A DNA stretch of 64,000 nucleotides from an uncultured virus (IMG/VR IMGVR_UViG_3300028377_000002) (Duplodnaviria > Heunggongvirae > Uroviricota > Caudoviricetes): the IMG/VR virus record IMGVR_UViG_3300028377_000002. One strand, written 5' to 3'. Positions 47,085 to 57,957 of this stretch are shown here, piece by piece (position 1 is the first letter of the stretch; each line of letters begins with the position of its first letter). The translations under genes and the position numbers were made by a program. The notes under the pieces were generated by a model that worked only from the letters and a program-made list of their open reading frames with translations, was not told the origin of the DNA and did not search any database.

Positions 47085-49247
47085 ATGAAAATAATTAAAA
47101 AAGACGGTAATAGTCAAAACTTTAACCCTAATAAGGTTTTAACTAGAATAAAAAGGACTGCTAGAAACTTAAATTTAAGAATTGATGCAGATAAATTATC
47201 ACAAAAGGTCATTCCACAAATACAAGATGGGATGACCACTAATGATATTGACAACTTAATTGTTATTGAATCGTTAGGGTCGGTATTTTTACACCCAGAC
47301 TACTCTATGGTGGCTTCAGCTATTGAAATTGATAATTTACATAAGTTGCACAAATACAAAGAGTTTAATATTGAGTTAGATTACTCTAGAGATTACTCTT
47401 ACGATTACTTAGCTTGGGCCACATTCAAAAAATCATACAGGAATGGTGATGAATTACCTCAAGAAATGTACGGTAGAATTGCAACTGAATTATCTGAGAG
47501 CAAAGAGGATGCACAGTATTTGTATGATATGTTATCTACAAAGCAGTTAAACTTTGCAACACCAATTAACTTAACTGCTGGAACTGGTGCAAATAACAAT
47601 AGATTTATTTCATGCGATATCAACTTCCTAAAAGAAGATAGCCTAGAGGGTATTGTAGATACACTAGGTGAGTTAGCTAAATCATCTAAAGATGGTTCTG
47701 GTATTGGAATATACATTGGTAACCTTAGAAGTTCTAAAAGCAAGGTAGGTGATTTTAACGGTAATGCAGCTGGTATACCTAGATTAGCAGATTTAGCTCA
47801 AGGTATTGCTAGATTCTTTAATCAAAGAGGTAGAAGAAATGGAGCGTTTGCTTTATATGCACCAACATGGCACAAAGATATCATTTCTCATTTAGAGTTA
47901 AGACTTAATGAAGGTGATGAAAGATTAAGAACTAGAGATATTTTCAACGGTGTGTGTGTTGATGATTTATTCATGGAAGCTCTATTGGAAGAAAGGGATT
48001 ATTATTTATTCTGCCCTAACGATATAGTTAAAGCTGGTTTAAAACCTTTTTATGAGTGTTCACCAGATGAATTCAGAAGTGTATACGCAGAAGCTATAGA
48101 GTTAGGTTTAGGTGAAAAGATAAACCCAAGAGACATTTGGAATAAAATATTAATGTCTCAAGCTTCAACTGGAACTCCATACGTGGTTTACATCGATTCT
48201 ATTAATAGGAAGAACATGCAAGAACACTTCGGTAATATCAAAAGTTCAAACTTATGTGTAGAAACACTTTTATATGCTGATAAAGACGAAGTAGGTCAAT
48301 GCGCTCTAGGTTCTATTCCACTTATGACGTGTAAGGACATTAGAGAGGCTTCTAGAGTGTTAAGTTACTCAATTAACCTAGTAATAGATAGAAACGTTTA
48401 TTCGACTGAGAGAGCCGAAAAAGGAGGTCTAGGACAAAGAACTATCGGTATCGGAGTTGCAGGTCTAGCTGAGTACCTATATTCTAGAGGTATGTCATTT
48501 GAAAGTGAGGAAGGTAAAGAAGCTTTCAAAAACATTATGAGAGAAATTTACCTAGGTGCCGTTAAAGGCTCTCAAGAGTATTATGAGAAACATAAAAAGA
48601 CGTTTAGAGATTATGACAACTCATTGTACGCTAAAGGTGTATTTAACCCTCAGAAATGGGGTGTTCATGAACATGAAATTGACATGACTAAACCTGTAGC
48701 TAACAGTTTATTTACAGCTCTTATGCCAACGGCATCATCATCTAACCTATTAGGTTGTACTGAAATGTTTGAGGTGCCACAAGGTATGGTATACAGAAGA
48801 AAACTGGATAAAGGTGAATTCGTAGTAGTTCAAAGAAACCTAGTTGAAGATTTAGAAAAGATAGGTATTTGGAATGAAGAACTTGCTAAGAGAGTAGTAA
48901 TGGCAGGTGGAACAATTCAAGGTTTATATGACATTCCTAAAGATATAAGGGAAAAATATAAAACAGCTTATGAGGTGTCTCAAAAGAAGAGAATTGATAT
49001 GATTAATCATGCGTTCCCTTATATTGACCAATCAACGTCACTTAATTTATATTACCAAGACGGCAATTTCAGTAAATTATCAGCTGCGTTGATACATGGT
49101 TGGAAGATAGGTAATAAGACTGGTGTTTATTACACTAGAGTACTTAAGAAAGACGCTGAAACAACTAGTGACTTATTCATGAGAAAAGACACTACTCCTG
49201 AAAAACCAGAGGATTCAGATTTCGAATGTTTCGGGTGTTCAGCTTAA
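47085..49247 (+). CDS. nrdA: Ribonucleotide reductase class Ia alpha subunit
   Basis: ATP-cone MKIIKKDG, FATP, ISC, SSNLCVE, MPTASSS, DQSTSLN, KTGVYY, C-terminal CFGC. Confidence 0.95.
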   Translation: MKIIKKDGNSQNFNPNKVLTRIKRTARNLNLRIDADKLSQKVIPQIQDGMTTNDIDNLIVIESLGSVFLHPDYSMVASAIEIDNLHKLHKYKEFNIELDYSRDYSYDYLAWATFKKSYRNGDELPQEMYGRIATELSESKEDAQYLYDMLSTKQLNFATPINLTAGTGANNNRFISCDINFLKEDSLEGIVDTLGELAKSSKDGSGIGIYIGNLRSSKSKVGDFNGNAAGIPRLADLAQGIARFFNQRGRRNGAFALYAPTWHKDIISHLELRLNEGDERLRTRDIFNGVCVDDLFMEALLEERDYYLFCPNDIVKAGLKPFYECSPDEFRSVYAEAIELGLGEKINPRDIWNKILMSQASTGTPYVVYIDSINRKNMQEHFGNIKSSNLCVETLLYADKDEVGQCALGSIPLMTCKDIREASRVLSYSINLVIDRNVYSTERAEKGGLGQRTIGIGVAGLAEYLYSRGMSFESEEGKEAFKNIMREIYLGAVKGSQEYYEKHKKTFRDYDNSLYAKGVFNPQKWGVHEHEIDMTKPVANSLFTALMPTASSSNLLGCTEMFEVPQGMVYRRKLDKGEFVVVQRNLVEDLEKIGIWNEELAKRVVMAGGTIQGLYDIPKDIREKYKTAYEVSQKKRIDMINHAFPYIDQSTSLNLYYQDGNFSKLSAALIHGWKIGNKTGVYYTRVLKKDAETTSDLFMRKDTTPEKPEDSDFECFGCSA

Positions 49248-49271
49248 AGCAAAATAGTAAAATAGATATGT

Positions 49272-49305
49272 AAAAGGTGTAAGATTAAGTTCTTACACCT
49301 TTTTT
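49272..49305 (+). terminator. Intrinsic terminator
   Basis: aaaaggtgtaaga-ttaagt-tcttacacctttttt. Confidence 0.85.
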
Positions 49306-49348
49306 CTTTTAAAACTTTATTTATTAATATTTATTAGTAAAATAGAGT

Positions 49349-49732
49349 ATGGCTAATAAATCAATAAATATAAACTTTCCTTTTAGAGATAGTGACAAGG
49401 GTTTCTTCCTAGAATTAAATACTGAAGATTCTAAGGCTATCAAAGCTGATTTATTACATTTAATACTAACCAATAAGGGTGAACGTTTATATCTACCCGA
49501 TTTTGGAACAAATTTACGTAAATACTTATTCAACCAATATGACGGCATTACTGAGGGTGATATAAAAAATGAAATAAGTGAAGCCGTTAAAAAATACATC
49601 CCTAATTTAAAAATTAACACAATTACATTTGATGAGGCACCTCAAAGCCAATATGGTGTAGTAGTCAGAATTGATTACACGGTTAGTGAAGACGTTTTTG
49701 AAACCCGTGACTTCGTAATCATACAACTTTAA
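49349..49732 (+). CDS. Baseplate wedge subunit gp25-like
   Basis: LILTNKGERLYLPDFGTNL...AVKKYIP. Confidence 0.88.
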   Translation: MANKSININFPFRDSDKGFFLELNTEDSKAIKADLLHLILTNKGERLYLPDFGTNLRKYLFNQYDGITEGDIKNEISEAVKKYIPNLKINTITFDEAPQSQYGVVVRIDYTVSEDVFETRDFVIIQL

Positions 49733-49820
49733 ACAGATACTACTTATTTATCGTTTTAAAAAAAGAAATGCATTTATTTTTTTTGAAAAATAACTATATT
49801 ATATTTATAATAAAAGAATT

Positions 49821-51647
49821 ATGGGAAAAGGAATTGCTTATTCTAGCAGAAATTTCGCTGATGTCAGAACAGAACTAATTGACTTCGTTAAACAATATTA
49901 TCCAGATATACTATCGGACTTTAACGACGCTTCGATAGGTATGTTATTAATTGAATTAAACGCTGCTGTTAGTGACATGTTATCAGTTAACACAGATAGA
50001 GCGTTCCAAGAAACTCAAATTGATTATGCTCAGCAAAGAAATTCCGTTTTATCTATGGCTAGAACCTTTGGTCTTAAAATACCAGGAAAGAGACCATCTA
50101 TAAGTATTGTAGATTTTTCAGTTACTGTTCCAGTATTAGCTGATTCGTTTGATTCTAGGTATGCGCCAATAATCAGAGTAGGTACACAAGTTTCTGGTGG
50201 TGGTAAAATATTCGAAACTGTAGATGACATAGACTTTAGTAATCCTTTCACAACAGGTGGTATACCAAACAGATTAATAATACCAAACTTAAACAGTAAT
50301 AATAACATAGTTAGTTATACTTTAACTAAAAGAGAAATAGTGTTAAACGGTGTAACAAAAACATTTAAGAAAACAATATCAAATGCCGACATCGTACCTT
50401 TCTATGAATTAATTCTACCTGATAATGACATTCTATCCATAACTTCAGTAATCACAAAAAATGGTACTAATTATAACGAAGAACCAACTATTGACGAATT
50501 TTTAGATTTTGATAATAGATGGTTTGAAGTTGATGCATTGGCTGAGGACACTAAATTCGTAGAAGACGTTAATGAAGTTTCTGATAATGTAGGTATAAAA
50601 CCAGGTAAGTGGATTAGAATAACTAGGAAATTTTTAAAAGAATATACTGATAATGGATTCGTTAAACTATTGTTTGGTGGTGGTAACGAAGACATCAATG
50701 CGATAAACGACTTTGACATTGATAACCCATTAACAGATAGAATTGGTGATTTTATAAATAATTTATCATTAGGTGAAACTTTAAAAGCTAACACGACCGT
50801 ATACGTACAATATAGAGTAGGTGGTGGGTCAAATACAAATTTAGGGTCTAATACCTTAACATCGGTAAATCTAGTCGATATCTTTGTTAATGGCCCTGAT
50901 ACGATACAAAACAACTCAGTGAGGCAATCATTAACGGTAAACAATCCGATACCAGCTTTAGGTGGTAGAGATAAACCATCAATAGATGAGATAAGAAACC
51001 TAGTTAAATATAATTTTGCGTCACAAAATAGGGCTGTAACAATTAAGGATTATCAGTCTAGAATAAGTCTAATGCCAGGTGAATTTGGCGTGCCATTTAG
51101 AACTGGTGTTTTCGAAGAACAAAATAAAATAATGGTTTATATTCTAGGTTTAGATAATCTAGGTAAATTAACAAATTCTTCAACAACAACCCTTAAACAA
51201 AATATATCAAATTATCTATCTGATTATAGAATGTTAAACGATTACGTCGTTATAAATGATGGTCAAATAATAAACTTATCATTTGAATTTGATTTGTTAA
51301 TAGAAAAAGATTACCCGCAATCACAAATTATATTAAATGTGATTAATAGTGTTAAAGAATATATGGATATTAATAAACACTATATGGGTGAGAACATTTA
51401 TTTAGGTAAATTAATTGAAGCTATAAATAATGTAGGTGGTGTTATTAATGTAATTGAGAATAAAGTTTTTAACAAAGTTGGTGAAGGAGTCTACTCAATG
51501 AACGAGATACAACAATCATTCAATGATGAAGAAACCAGAGAAATATTTATTTCAGATGAATTTACTTTATTCGGAAATCCGATAAGTATGTTTGAGGTTC
51601 GTTATCCTAAAAAAGATATTCGTGTAAGAGTTAAAACAGCACAATAA
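49821..51647 (+). CDS. Baseplate wedge subunit gp6/J-like
   Basis: RNFADVRTELI, DFNDASIG, FGGG, YRVGGG, GGRD, QNRAVTIKDY. Confidence 0.88.
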   Translation: MGKGIAYSSRNFADVRTELIDFVKQYYPDILSDFNDASIGMLLIELNAAVSDMLSVNTDRAFQETQIDYAQQRNSVLSMARTFGLKIPGKRPSISIVDFSVTVPVLADSFDSRYAPIIRVGTQVSGGGKIFETVDDIDFSNPFTTGGIPNRLIIPNLNSNNNIVSYTLTKREIVLNGVTKTFKKTISNADIVPFYELILPDNDILSITSVITKNGTNYNEEPTIDEFLDFDNRWFEVDALAEDTKFVEDVNEVSDNVGIKPGKWIRITRKFLKEYTDNGFVKLLFGGGNEDINAINDFDIDNPLTDRIGDFINNLSLGETLKANTTVYVQYRVGGGSNTNLGSNTLTSVNLVDIFVNGPDTIQNNSVRQSLTVNNPIPALGGRDKPSIDEIRNLVKYNFASQNRAVTIKDYQSRISLMPGEFGVPFRTGVFEEQNKIMVYILGLDNLGKLTNSSTTTLKQNISNYLSDYRMLNDYVVINDGQIINLSFEFDLLIEKDYPQSQIILNVINSVKEYMDINKHYMGENIYLGKLIEAINNVGGVINVIENKVFNKVGEGVYSMNEIQQSFNDEETREIFISDEFTLFGNPISMFEVRYPKKDIRVRVKTAQ

Positions 51648-51683
51648 CAAACGGTGTTGTAAAATATTAATAGTTGATTAAAT

Positions 51684-52010
51684 ATGGGATGTGGATGTAA
51701 AAGTAAAAATAATGATAAATATAATTCTAAACTAGGATTAAAAGATTCAGGTGGTGAATTAACTTTAAAGGGTAAGGTATTTAAAATACCACTTGCCATT
51801 GGGTTAACAATGCTGTTTTTATTTTTATCACCTATTTTATTGATTTATATTTGGTATCTATTCATGGAACAAATATTCACAAATAGGATGTTATTATTTT
51901 CTTTTTTAAATAAATTTAAAAAAGATGATACCACTAATGATGATGGTGACGACTCAGAGGAAATTAACCCTGATGAATACGTGTTAATGGATGTAGATAA
52001 AGTTAAGTAA
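51684..52010 (+). CDS. Small membrane protein (MGCGCK start)
   Basis: Hydrophobic IPLAIGLTMLFLFLSPILLIYIWYLFM; acidic tail. Confidence 0.6.
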   Translation: MGCGCKSKNNDKYNSKLGLKDSGGELTLKGKVFKIPLAIGLTMLFLFLSPILLIYIWYLFMEQIFTNRMLLFSFLNKFKKDDTTNDDGDDSEEINPDEYVLMDVDKVK

Positions 52011-55000
52011 TGTCGAAAAATATTAGAATAAGGACAACACCAAATGGCGGTGATAAAAATGTTAAGATTCAATTAAATCAAGATTTTGATTTTCTTGAAA
52101 TATTATCATTAAAAATATCTCAAGAAGACGCATACCGTAGTTTTTATTCTAATTATGGTGTTGTAGTAGGGCGTGTGATAATGAATAGTGGTGTTGGGGT
52201 ACCAAATGCCAAAGTTTCTATATTTATACCTTTAGATGAAGAAGACGCACAAGACCCTGAAATATCGACGATATACCCTTATTCAGATATACAAGTTTTA
52301 AATAATGACGGTGTTAGGTATAATACATTACCCAAAAATGTGGATAAAGAATGTCACGCACCAATAGGTACTTTTCCCTTAAAAAGAGAGATTATAGATA
52401 ATGATAAATTATTCAAGGTATATAAGAAATATTACAAATACACCACGACAACAAACGATGCTGGTGATTTTATGTTATTTGGTGTACCAGTAGGTAATCA
52501 CATACTGAATGTCGATGTTGATTTATCAGATATAGGAATTTTCTCTCAAAGACCTTATGATTTTATTGAACAAGGTAATCCAGAAAAACTATTCGAATCA
52601 CCAACTAAGTTTAAAACTAATAATAACTTAAATAATTTAACTCAGGTTAAAAATAGACAAGTAGGTGTTAACGTTATACCTTTTTGGGGTGATAAAGTTA
52701 ATAATGAAGTCGGTATTAGTAGAGTTGATGTTGACCTAAATTATAATGTTGAACCTAAAGCTATTTTTATCGGTTCTATTTTTAGTGATAATGATAAAAA
52801 TAGTGTTAATAAAAATTGCAGGGCCAGAAAAAAATTAGGTAAGGTATGTGAAATGGGAGAAGGTAAAGGTACTATAAACATAATAAGAAAAAATAGGTTA
52901 GGTGATACAGAAAAATTTAATTTAGAGGGTGGTCAGTTAATCAATGACGATGGAGTGTGGGCCTTTCAATTACCAATGAATCTAGATTATAAAGTGACTG
53001 ATGAATTTGGTGACCTAATACCTACTGATAACCCTAATATTGGTATACCTACTAGAACCAACGTAAGGTTTAAAATAGGTATGAATGAAACTGGCGGTGA
53101 AGGTAGGATAAGGACTAGAGCTAAATATCTAGTACCTCATAACCCTAATTTACCTAGTGAGATAGATTATTCATTTGATGAATCTACCTCTGATATACAT
53201 TTTAGGGATATGTTTTGGAATAAAATATATACAGTTAAAAACCACATAACACGTTTTCAACGAAACCCTCGTAAAGAGAATAGAAACTTCATTGGTTTTA
53301 AAGATGTGGATGACTGCGTTGGTACGAAGAACCCATTACCTTTTAATAAACTAGATACAGATTTTAATCCTTTATTTATTGTACTTTGTTTAATAGTAAA
53401 CTTTATTATTACGATAGTAGACATAATAAACAAAGTAGTTACTGTTAAATTTTTAGGTATAAAACCTTTGTGTAAATTTGGTTGTGTTAAATTAACGTGT
53501 CCAATTAATGAAACTGAATATGCACCTGGTTGTCGTCGTGACTGTGAGAGAGGAGGGGCTAACGGCAGTACGTCTCAAGCTAGAAAATGTTTTAGTTTAG
53601 CTCTAGCTGAGGCTTTAAATGTTTTTGAATTTGACTTTTATAACGATTGGATTAATGGGTCTCTATATCCATTTTTATTAAAATATAAAAAGGTATCTTC
53701 TAATGAAGAGAAATTCTGTGGTAGTGAAACAGGTGATTATAACATTGTGGATACTTATTTTGAAGGTGGTAGTGGTGACGACAGTTCAGATTCTAACCTA
53801 AGTGAGGGTGTTGCTGTGAGTTACGAAGGTGAGTTATTTTATAAACCAATAACTGACAAAAAATTAAATTTTTACAATACTGACATATATGAGTTAGGTT
53901 CAGTACTTGATTGTGATTGGCAAGGTAAAGTTAAAATACAAGGTGATTTAGTTAATAGTAGTTATAAAAGACCTCCTTTAATAGGTGAAGGTGAGACAAC
54001 TGGTAGTGACCCATTATTTTTTGATATCGACTGTTCTGGTGTAGATGTAAATCGTGACCAATACAACAATATTAGGCGTATATGCGAAATAGGTCTTGGT
54101 TTAGATGAAGGAGATTCACAGGATGGTCTTATAAACAGGCAAGATATTGATGATAAATTAATTCGCTCAAAATTAATAAAATTAAATGTAGATGGGTACG
54201 AAAGTAGTAGGTTAACTGATATTAACTCTGACTTTAATGGTAGTGAATATGGGGATTATAGGGGTCAGTTCAGTGAAGATGGGATGGCACAATACCAAAA
54301 CTCATTTTTCTTTTACTTTGGAACTAAACCTAATAGCACAGCAATTGATTTAATGAATAGTAAATATTTCACTGAATGTACAACAGAGGTTGAAAATATA
54401 ATTAATATCTCTGGGGTTGTTACTGAAGTAACAACTGTAGGTGGTAGTGACGGAACAATAAGTATCAATGTTAACGGTGGTACACAACCTTACACATATA
54501 AGTGGTACGACTCAAACGAACCAAATTCATTATTAAGTGACAATAAAGACATTAATGGTTTAGCCAGTGGTAGTTACTTTGTTGTGGTTGAAGACGATAA
54601 CGGGGTTACGACTAAAAAAACATTTGTTGTTAGAGGATTAAGGGAGGTAAATGGTGAAGTTTCCACTAGAAACACTGAGAGTGCATCATCTAACAATGGG
54701 ATTATATATGTTAGCTCGTTAACTGGCGGTATTCCACCTTACACGGTTCAAATTTCAGGACCATCCCAAGCAACTAAAAATAATGTGCAATTCAGTACGT
54801 CATTTACAGGTTTAGATGAGGGTAATTATACAGTAACAATAACAGATAGTAATACCCCAAGTGATAGTGTATCTTACGAAGCAACAGTAGAGGTACCAAC
54901 ACCACTTTCTGTGACTGTTGATGCTGAAGATAGCTATTGTGTTGGGTTTAATTCAGGTGTTATAACAATCAACATAGCTGGAGGTACACCTTTTTATGAC

Positions 55001-55405
55001 GTTGTTTTTAGAGATATTTCAGACCCTAACAATCCATTTGTATTTAATCGTAATGTTAATTATAGTGATAACGCAACAGCTCAAATAAGTTATAATAATT
55101 TACAGGCAGGTAGTTATGATTTTTACGTAGTCGATGATTTAAATCAAAGGTTCCCTAGTGCAGAAAATACACAAGAAGAGATAATTATAACTGAAACAAG
55201 TAGGCCTACTTTAACTAGGTCTGGTGGTGATTTAGAAGCTGGTAACCTAAAAGTGGATAATGAATACACCTTAGAAGACGGTGATGATAATGTATTAGAG
55301 ACTTTTACAGCTAATAATACGACAGAAACACTAACAGGTTACAGTGAAGGTAATGGACCTTATCAGATAACAAGTGAAGGGTGTAGTAGTGATTTTATTC
55401 AATAA
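52010..55405 (+). CDS. Large virion/baseplate-associated protein with C-terminal SprB-like repeats
   Basis: GVVVGRV...GVPNAKVSIF (carboxypeptidase-regulatory-like); three DGTISINVNGGTQPYTY-type repeats. Confidence 0.6.
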   Translation: MSKNIRIRTTPNGGDKNVKIQLNQDFDFLEILSLKISQEDAYRSFYSNYGVVVGRVIMNSGVGVPNAKVSIFIPLDEEDAQDPEISTIYPYSDIQVLNNDGVRYNTLPKNVDKECHAPIGTFPLKREIIDNDKLFKVYKKYYKYTTTTNDAGDFMLFGVPVGNHILNVDVDLSDIGIFSQRPYDFIEQGNPEKLFESPTKFKTNNNLNNLTQVKNRQVGVNVIPFWGDKVNNEVGISRVDVDLNYNVEPKAIFIGSIFSDNDKNSVNKNCRARKKLGKVCEMGEGKGTINIIRKNRLGDTEKFNLEGGQLINDDGVWAFQLPMNLDYKVTDEFGDLIPTDNPNIGIPTRTNVRFKIGMNETGGEGRIRTRAKYLVPHNPNLPSEIDYSFDESTSDIHFRDMFWNKIYTVKNHITRFQRNPRKENRNFIGFKDVDDCVGTKNPLPFNKLDTDFNPLFIVLCLIVNFIITIVDIINKVVTVKFLGIKPLCKFGCVKLTCPINETEYAPGCRRDCERGGANGSTSQARKCFSLALAEALNVFEFDFYNDWINGSLYPFLLKYKKVSSNEEKFCGSETGDYNIVDTYFEGGSGDDSSDSNLSEGVAVSYEGELFYKPITDKKLNFYNTDIYELGSVLDCDWQGKVKIQGDLVNSSYKRPPLIGEGETTGSDPLFFDIDCSGVDVNRDQYNNIRRICEIGLGLDEGDSQDGLINRQDIDDKLIRSKLIKLNVDGYESSRLTDINSDFNGSEYGDYRGQFSEDGMAQYQNSFFFYFGTKPNSTAIDLMNSKYFTECTTEVENIINISGVVTEVTTVGGSDGTISINVNGGTQPYTYKWYDSNEPNSLLSDNKDINGLASGSYFVVVEDDNGVTTKKTFVVRGLREVNGEVSTRNTESASSNNGIIYVSSLTGGIPPYTVQISGPSQATKNNVQFSTSFTGLDEGNYTVTITDSNTPSDSVSYEATVEVPTPLSVTVDAEDSYCVGFNSGVITINIAGGTPFYDVVFRDISDPNNPFVFNRNVNYSDNATAQISYNNLQAGSYDFYVVDDLNQRFPSAENTQEEIIITETSRPTLTRSGGDLEAGNLKVDNEYTLEDGDDNVLETFTANNTTETLTGYSEGNGPYQITSEGCSSDFIQ

Positions 55406-55406
55406 T

Positions 55407-57128
55407 ATGAGTGATAAAAAAATTAGATTAAATAGTGAAACTTCACAGAATTCTGTGAATGAGGATTCTTTTGTCAAAATTAATTTAGAAAATAAAACTA
55501 ATTTACTACCTATTGAGAGTATTAATAACATAGTAAACTTAGGTGATAGGTTTAATAAAGAAAGACAAGAAGCTACTCAATACAGATTAACAGGTCAATT
55601 TAACACATTATTCACCAACGTATTATTTAATACATCAGGACCTAATAGTTGGAAATCATTAAATCAGCCTAAATTTAGAGATGAAACCTTCCCACCTGAT
55701 GCTGATTCAATAAACGACCTAGATGAGGGTGAAGACATTAGCTATAGTGAATCGATAGATAAATACCTAATTGAAGATAATGGGTGGTTCGGATATCAAG
55801 ACCCTAACCCTAATATTAGTGAAAGTTTATGTAAGTTTATTGAAATGGAACCAAATAGAAACAAATATTCTATGATTCCTAATAATAACGTAAAAAATTG
55901 GGAAATCACTATAACATATCCAGTGCAAGTTGGTAGGCAACCAGGTGAGTTTAATGATAAGTTAGTCAATGGAGGTCTGTTAATTGTCTCAAGTGAACAA
56001 GTTGTCGTTAACGAAAGGAATATGGTGATGTTTGCAACACCAGTGAAACATGGCTTGGTAGATGGTGATAATGTTGAACTTAAAGGTCTGAGTAGTGATA
56101 ATGGTCTTTATACGGTGGTTAGAGTAGGTAAAAGTAACGGTGATGATAAAGATTATTACTTTACTGTAGACATTAATGGACCTATTACTATAAATGAGAA
56201 CAACGTAAGTAGTAGAATGGTGCGAGTAGTTGGTGGTAGAAACTCCGTATACTACATTAGAAAATTTAGAAAAATAAAAGTTAAAGGTAATAGCACAATT
56301 GAAAATGATGATTATGAAATATTCCCATTAGCCTTTTCACAAAATATTTATGAAGATGTGATACCTAAATACGTATTTAATGAAGAAATTGATATATCAG
56401 GATTAAGGGATAATTTGAATAGGCCTTTATCTGAACTATATCTTACAGTTATAAAGACCGATAGTGAAAACACGTTCACTCCAATAAAATCTGGTATTAA
56501 AATGGGGTTTATTGATGAAGTATCTAACATTAATGATATTCCAGATATTAATAGAATAACTAATGATACGTTATCACACGAACCTTTAAATGATGACGTT
56601 ACTATAAACGATAATGAATTCTATGGTGATGTAGTAGAGTATAATGTTTTAGAGTTAAACGAAAAGGTATTAGGTGATGTTTACCATAGATTCAACTCAA
56701 TAAATAGGGAAAATGAGACGCAAGTATCTAATGTAGATTTTAACGGTAATAACATAAATTTGGGGCTTAGATATGAAGGGTATATGTATAAAGCTCATCA
56801 TAAGATAAAAATTAAAAACTTTTCAAATTATATTGAGCAAGGGAGTGCTTCTACACTAAATAAACCTGACTACGCATTTCCTTTAGGTGATGGTAGGTTT
56901 GTTTGGAGAGACTTGTTAGATATAGGCGCCGACGATGGTCAAGAAAACTTTTTAGATTATCCATTTTTAAATGGTGCTCATTATATCGATACACCAATAA
57001 ATATAGCTTTAGAGAGACAAGACCCATTCAACCTATATGATTTACAATATACCAATTTTCCTAGTGATAGGGGTGGTAAAATGTTAGAAGATGATATATT
57101 AATTAAAAGAAGTGATAATGTCTGTTAG
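55407..57128 (+). CDS. Hypothetical virion protein
   Basis: Tightly coupled operon; start MSDKKIR preferred; KHGLVDGDNVELKG segment. Confidence 0.55.
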   Translation: MSDKKIRLNSETSQNSVNEDSFVKINLENKTNLLPIESINNIVNLGDRFNKERQEATQYRLTGQFNTLFTNVLFNTSGPNSWKSLNQPKFRDETFPPDADSINDLDEGEDISYSESIDKYLIEDNGWFGYQDPNPNISESLCKFIEMEPNRNKYSMIPNNNVKNWEITITYPVQVGRQPGEFNDKLVNGGLLIVSSEQVVVNERNMVMFATPVKHGLVDGDNVELKGLSSDNGLYTVVRVGKSNGDDKDYYFTVDINGPITINENNVSSRMVRVVGGRNSVYYIRKFRKIKVKGNSTIENDDYEIFPLAFSQNIYEDVIPKYVFNEEIDISGLRDNLNRPLSELYLTVIKTDSENTFTPIKSGIKMGFIDEVSNINDIPDINRITNDTLSHEPLNDDVTINDNEFYGDVVEYNVLELNEKVLGDVYHRFNSINRENETQVSNVDFNGNNINLGLRYEGYMYKAHHKIKIKNFSNYIEQGSASTLNKPDYAFPLGDGRFVWRDLLDIGADDGQENFLDYPFLNGAHYIDTPINIALERQDPFNLYDLQYTNFPSDRGGKMLEDDILIKRSDNVC

Positions 57129-57957
57129 AAAATACAAATTAAATATTGGTAAGGGGAGTGGTCCTAAGAACATTAAAATTCCTTTGAATTTAGACTATAA
57201 CTCTGCTGGTCAAAGTGAAGCTGTTAATGATAATTTTGTTAAAGATGAGGTGGAAAACTCTATTAACCCAATAATTGACTATGAGCAAACTAAATATAAA
57301 CCTAAATCAAGTAACGGAACATTAATCAATGATTTGAGGTATAATCTAATATTTTTAGATGAGGATAAAACCTTATTAGAACCTAAAACTTTTTATTCAG
57401 ACATTGGCTTCATTGATGACGATATCAAATTCAGAAAAAATAGATTTAAAAAGTCTTTTTTAAGTCTTAATTTTTATGACTCAGATAAATTAACAAATCA
57501 AAATTTAGTATCTATAATTACATTATTTAGTAAGGTATACGCTACCGATTTAGTTGATGATTCGTCACCTTCAGGAGGTGGAATACCTAAACCAGCAAAC
57601 TCGATACCAATTAGATTTATTTTAGACGACCCAGAGTTAAAACCTAAAGGTAATAATGAAGGTTTCAACATTTATCACAGTAAGAGTGGTTTGGTTAAAA
57701 ACGATGCAATACCTGGAGAGTTATATATGAGAGCTGAATATAATAATGCTTCAACAGGTAAAACCAACAGATTTATTACAACAACCGAAACATTACCAAT
57801 AAATAAGTTAGTTGATAAAATGCATGTTAGGTATTTATTAACAAGAGGTGAAACTGGTTATTATTACTCAGTAGACCCAAATTATAACAATGCTGAAAAT
57901 ATTGTTGAAAACGGGAGTAATCTAGAAGTTAATTTATATGAAATTAAAGTTCAATGA
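57112..57957 (+). CDS. Hypothetical virion protein
   Basis: Coupled ORF in baseplate/fibre operon. Confidence 0.55.
   Translation: MIMSVRKYKLNIGKGSGPKNIKIPLNLDYNSAGQSEAVNDNFVKDEVENSINPIIDYEQTKYKPKSSNGTLINDLRYNLIFLDEDKTLLEPKTFYSDIGFIDDDIKFRKNRFKKSFLSLNFYDSDKLTNQNLVSIITLFSKVYATDLVDDSSPSGGGIPKPANSIPIRFILDDPELKPKGNNEGFNIYHSKSGLVKNDAIPGELYMRAEYNNASTGKTNRFITTTETLPINKLVDKMHVRYLLTRGETGYYYSVDPNYNNAENIVENGSNLEVNLYEIKVQ

Noticed and set aside
46115..49247. Unusual RNR class or intron/intein in nrdA/nrdB
   Set aside because: All metal ligands, radical Tyr and catalytic Cys are present; both ORFs are uninterrupted.
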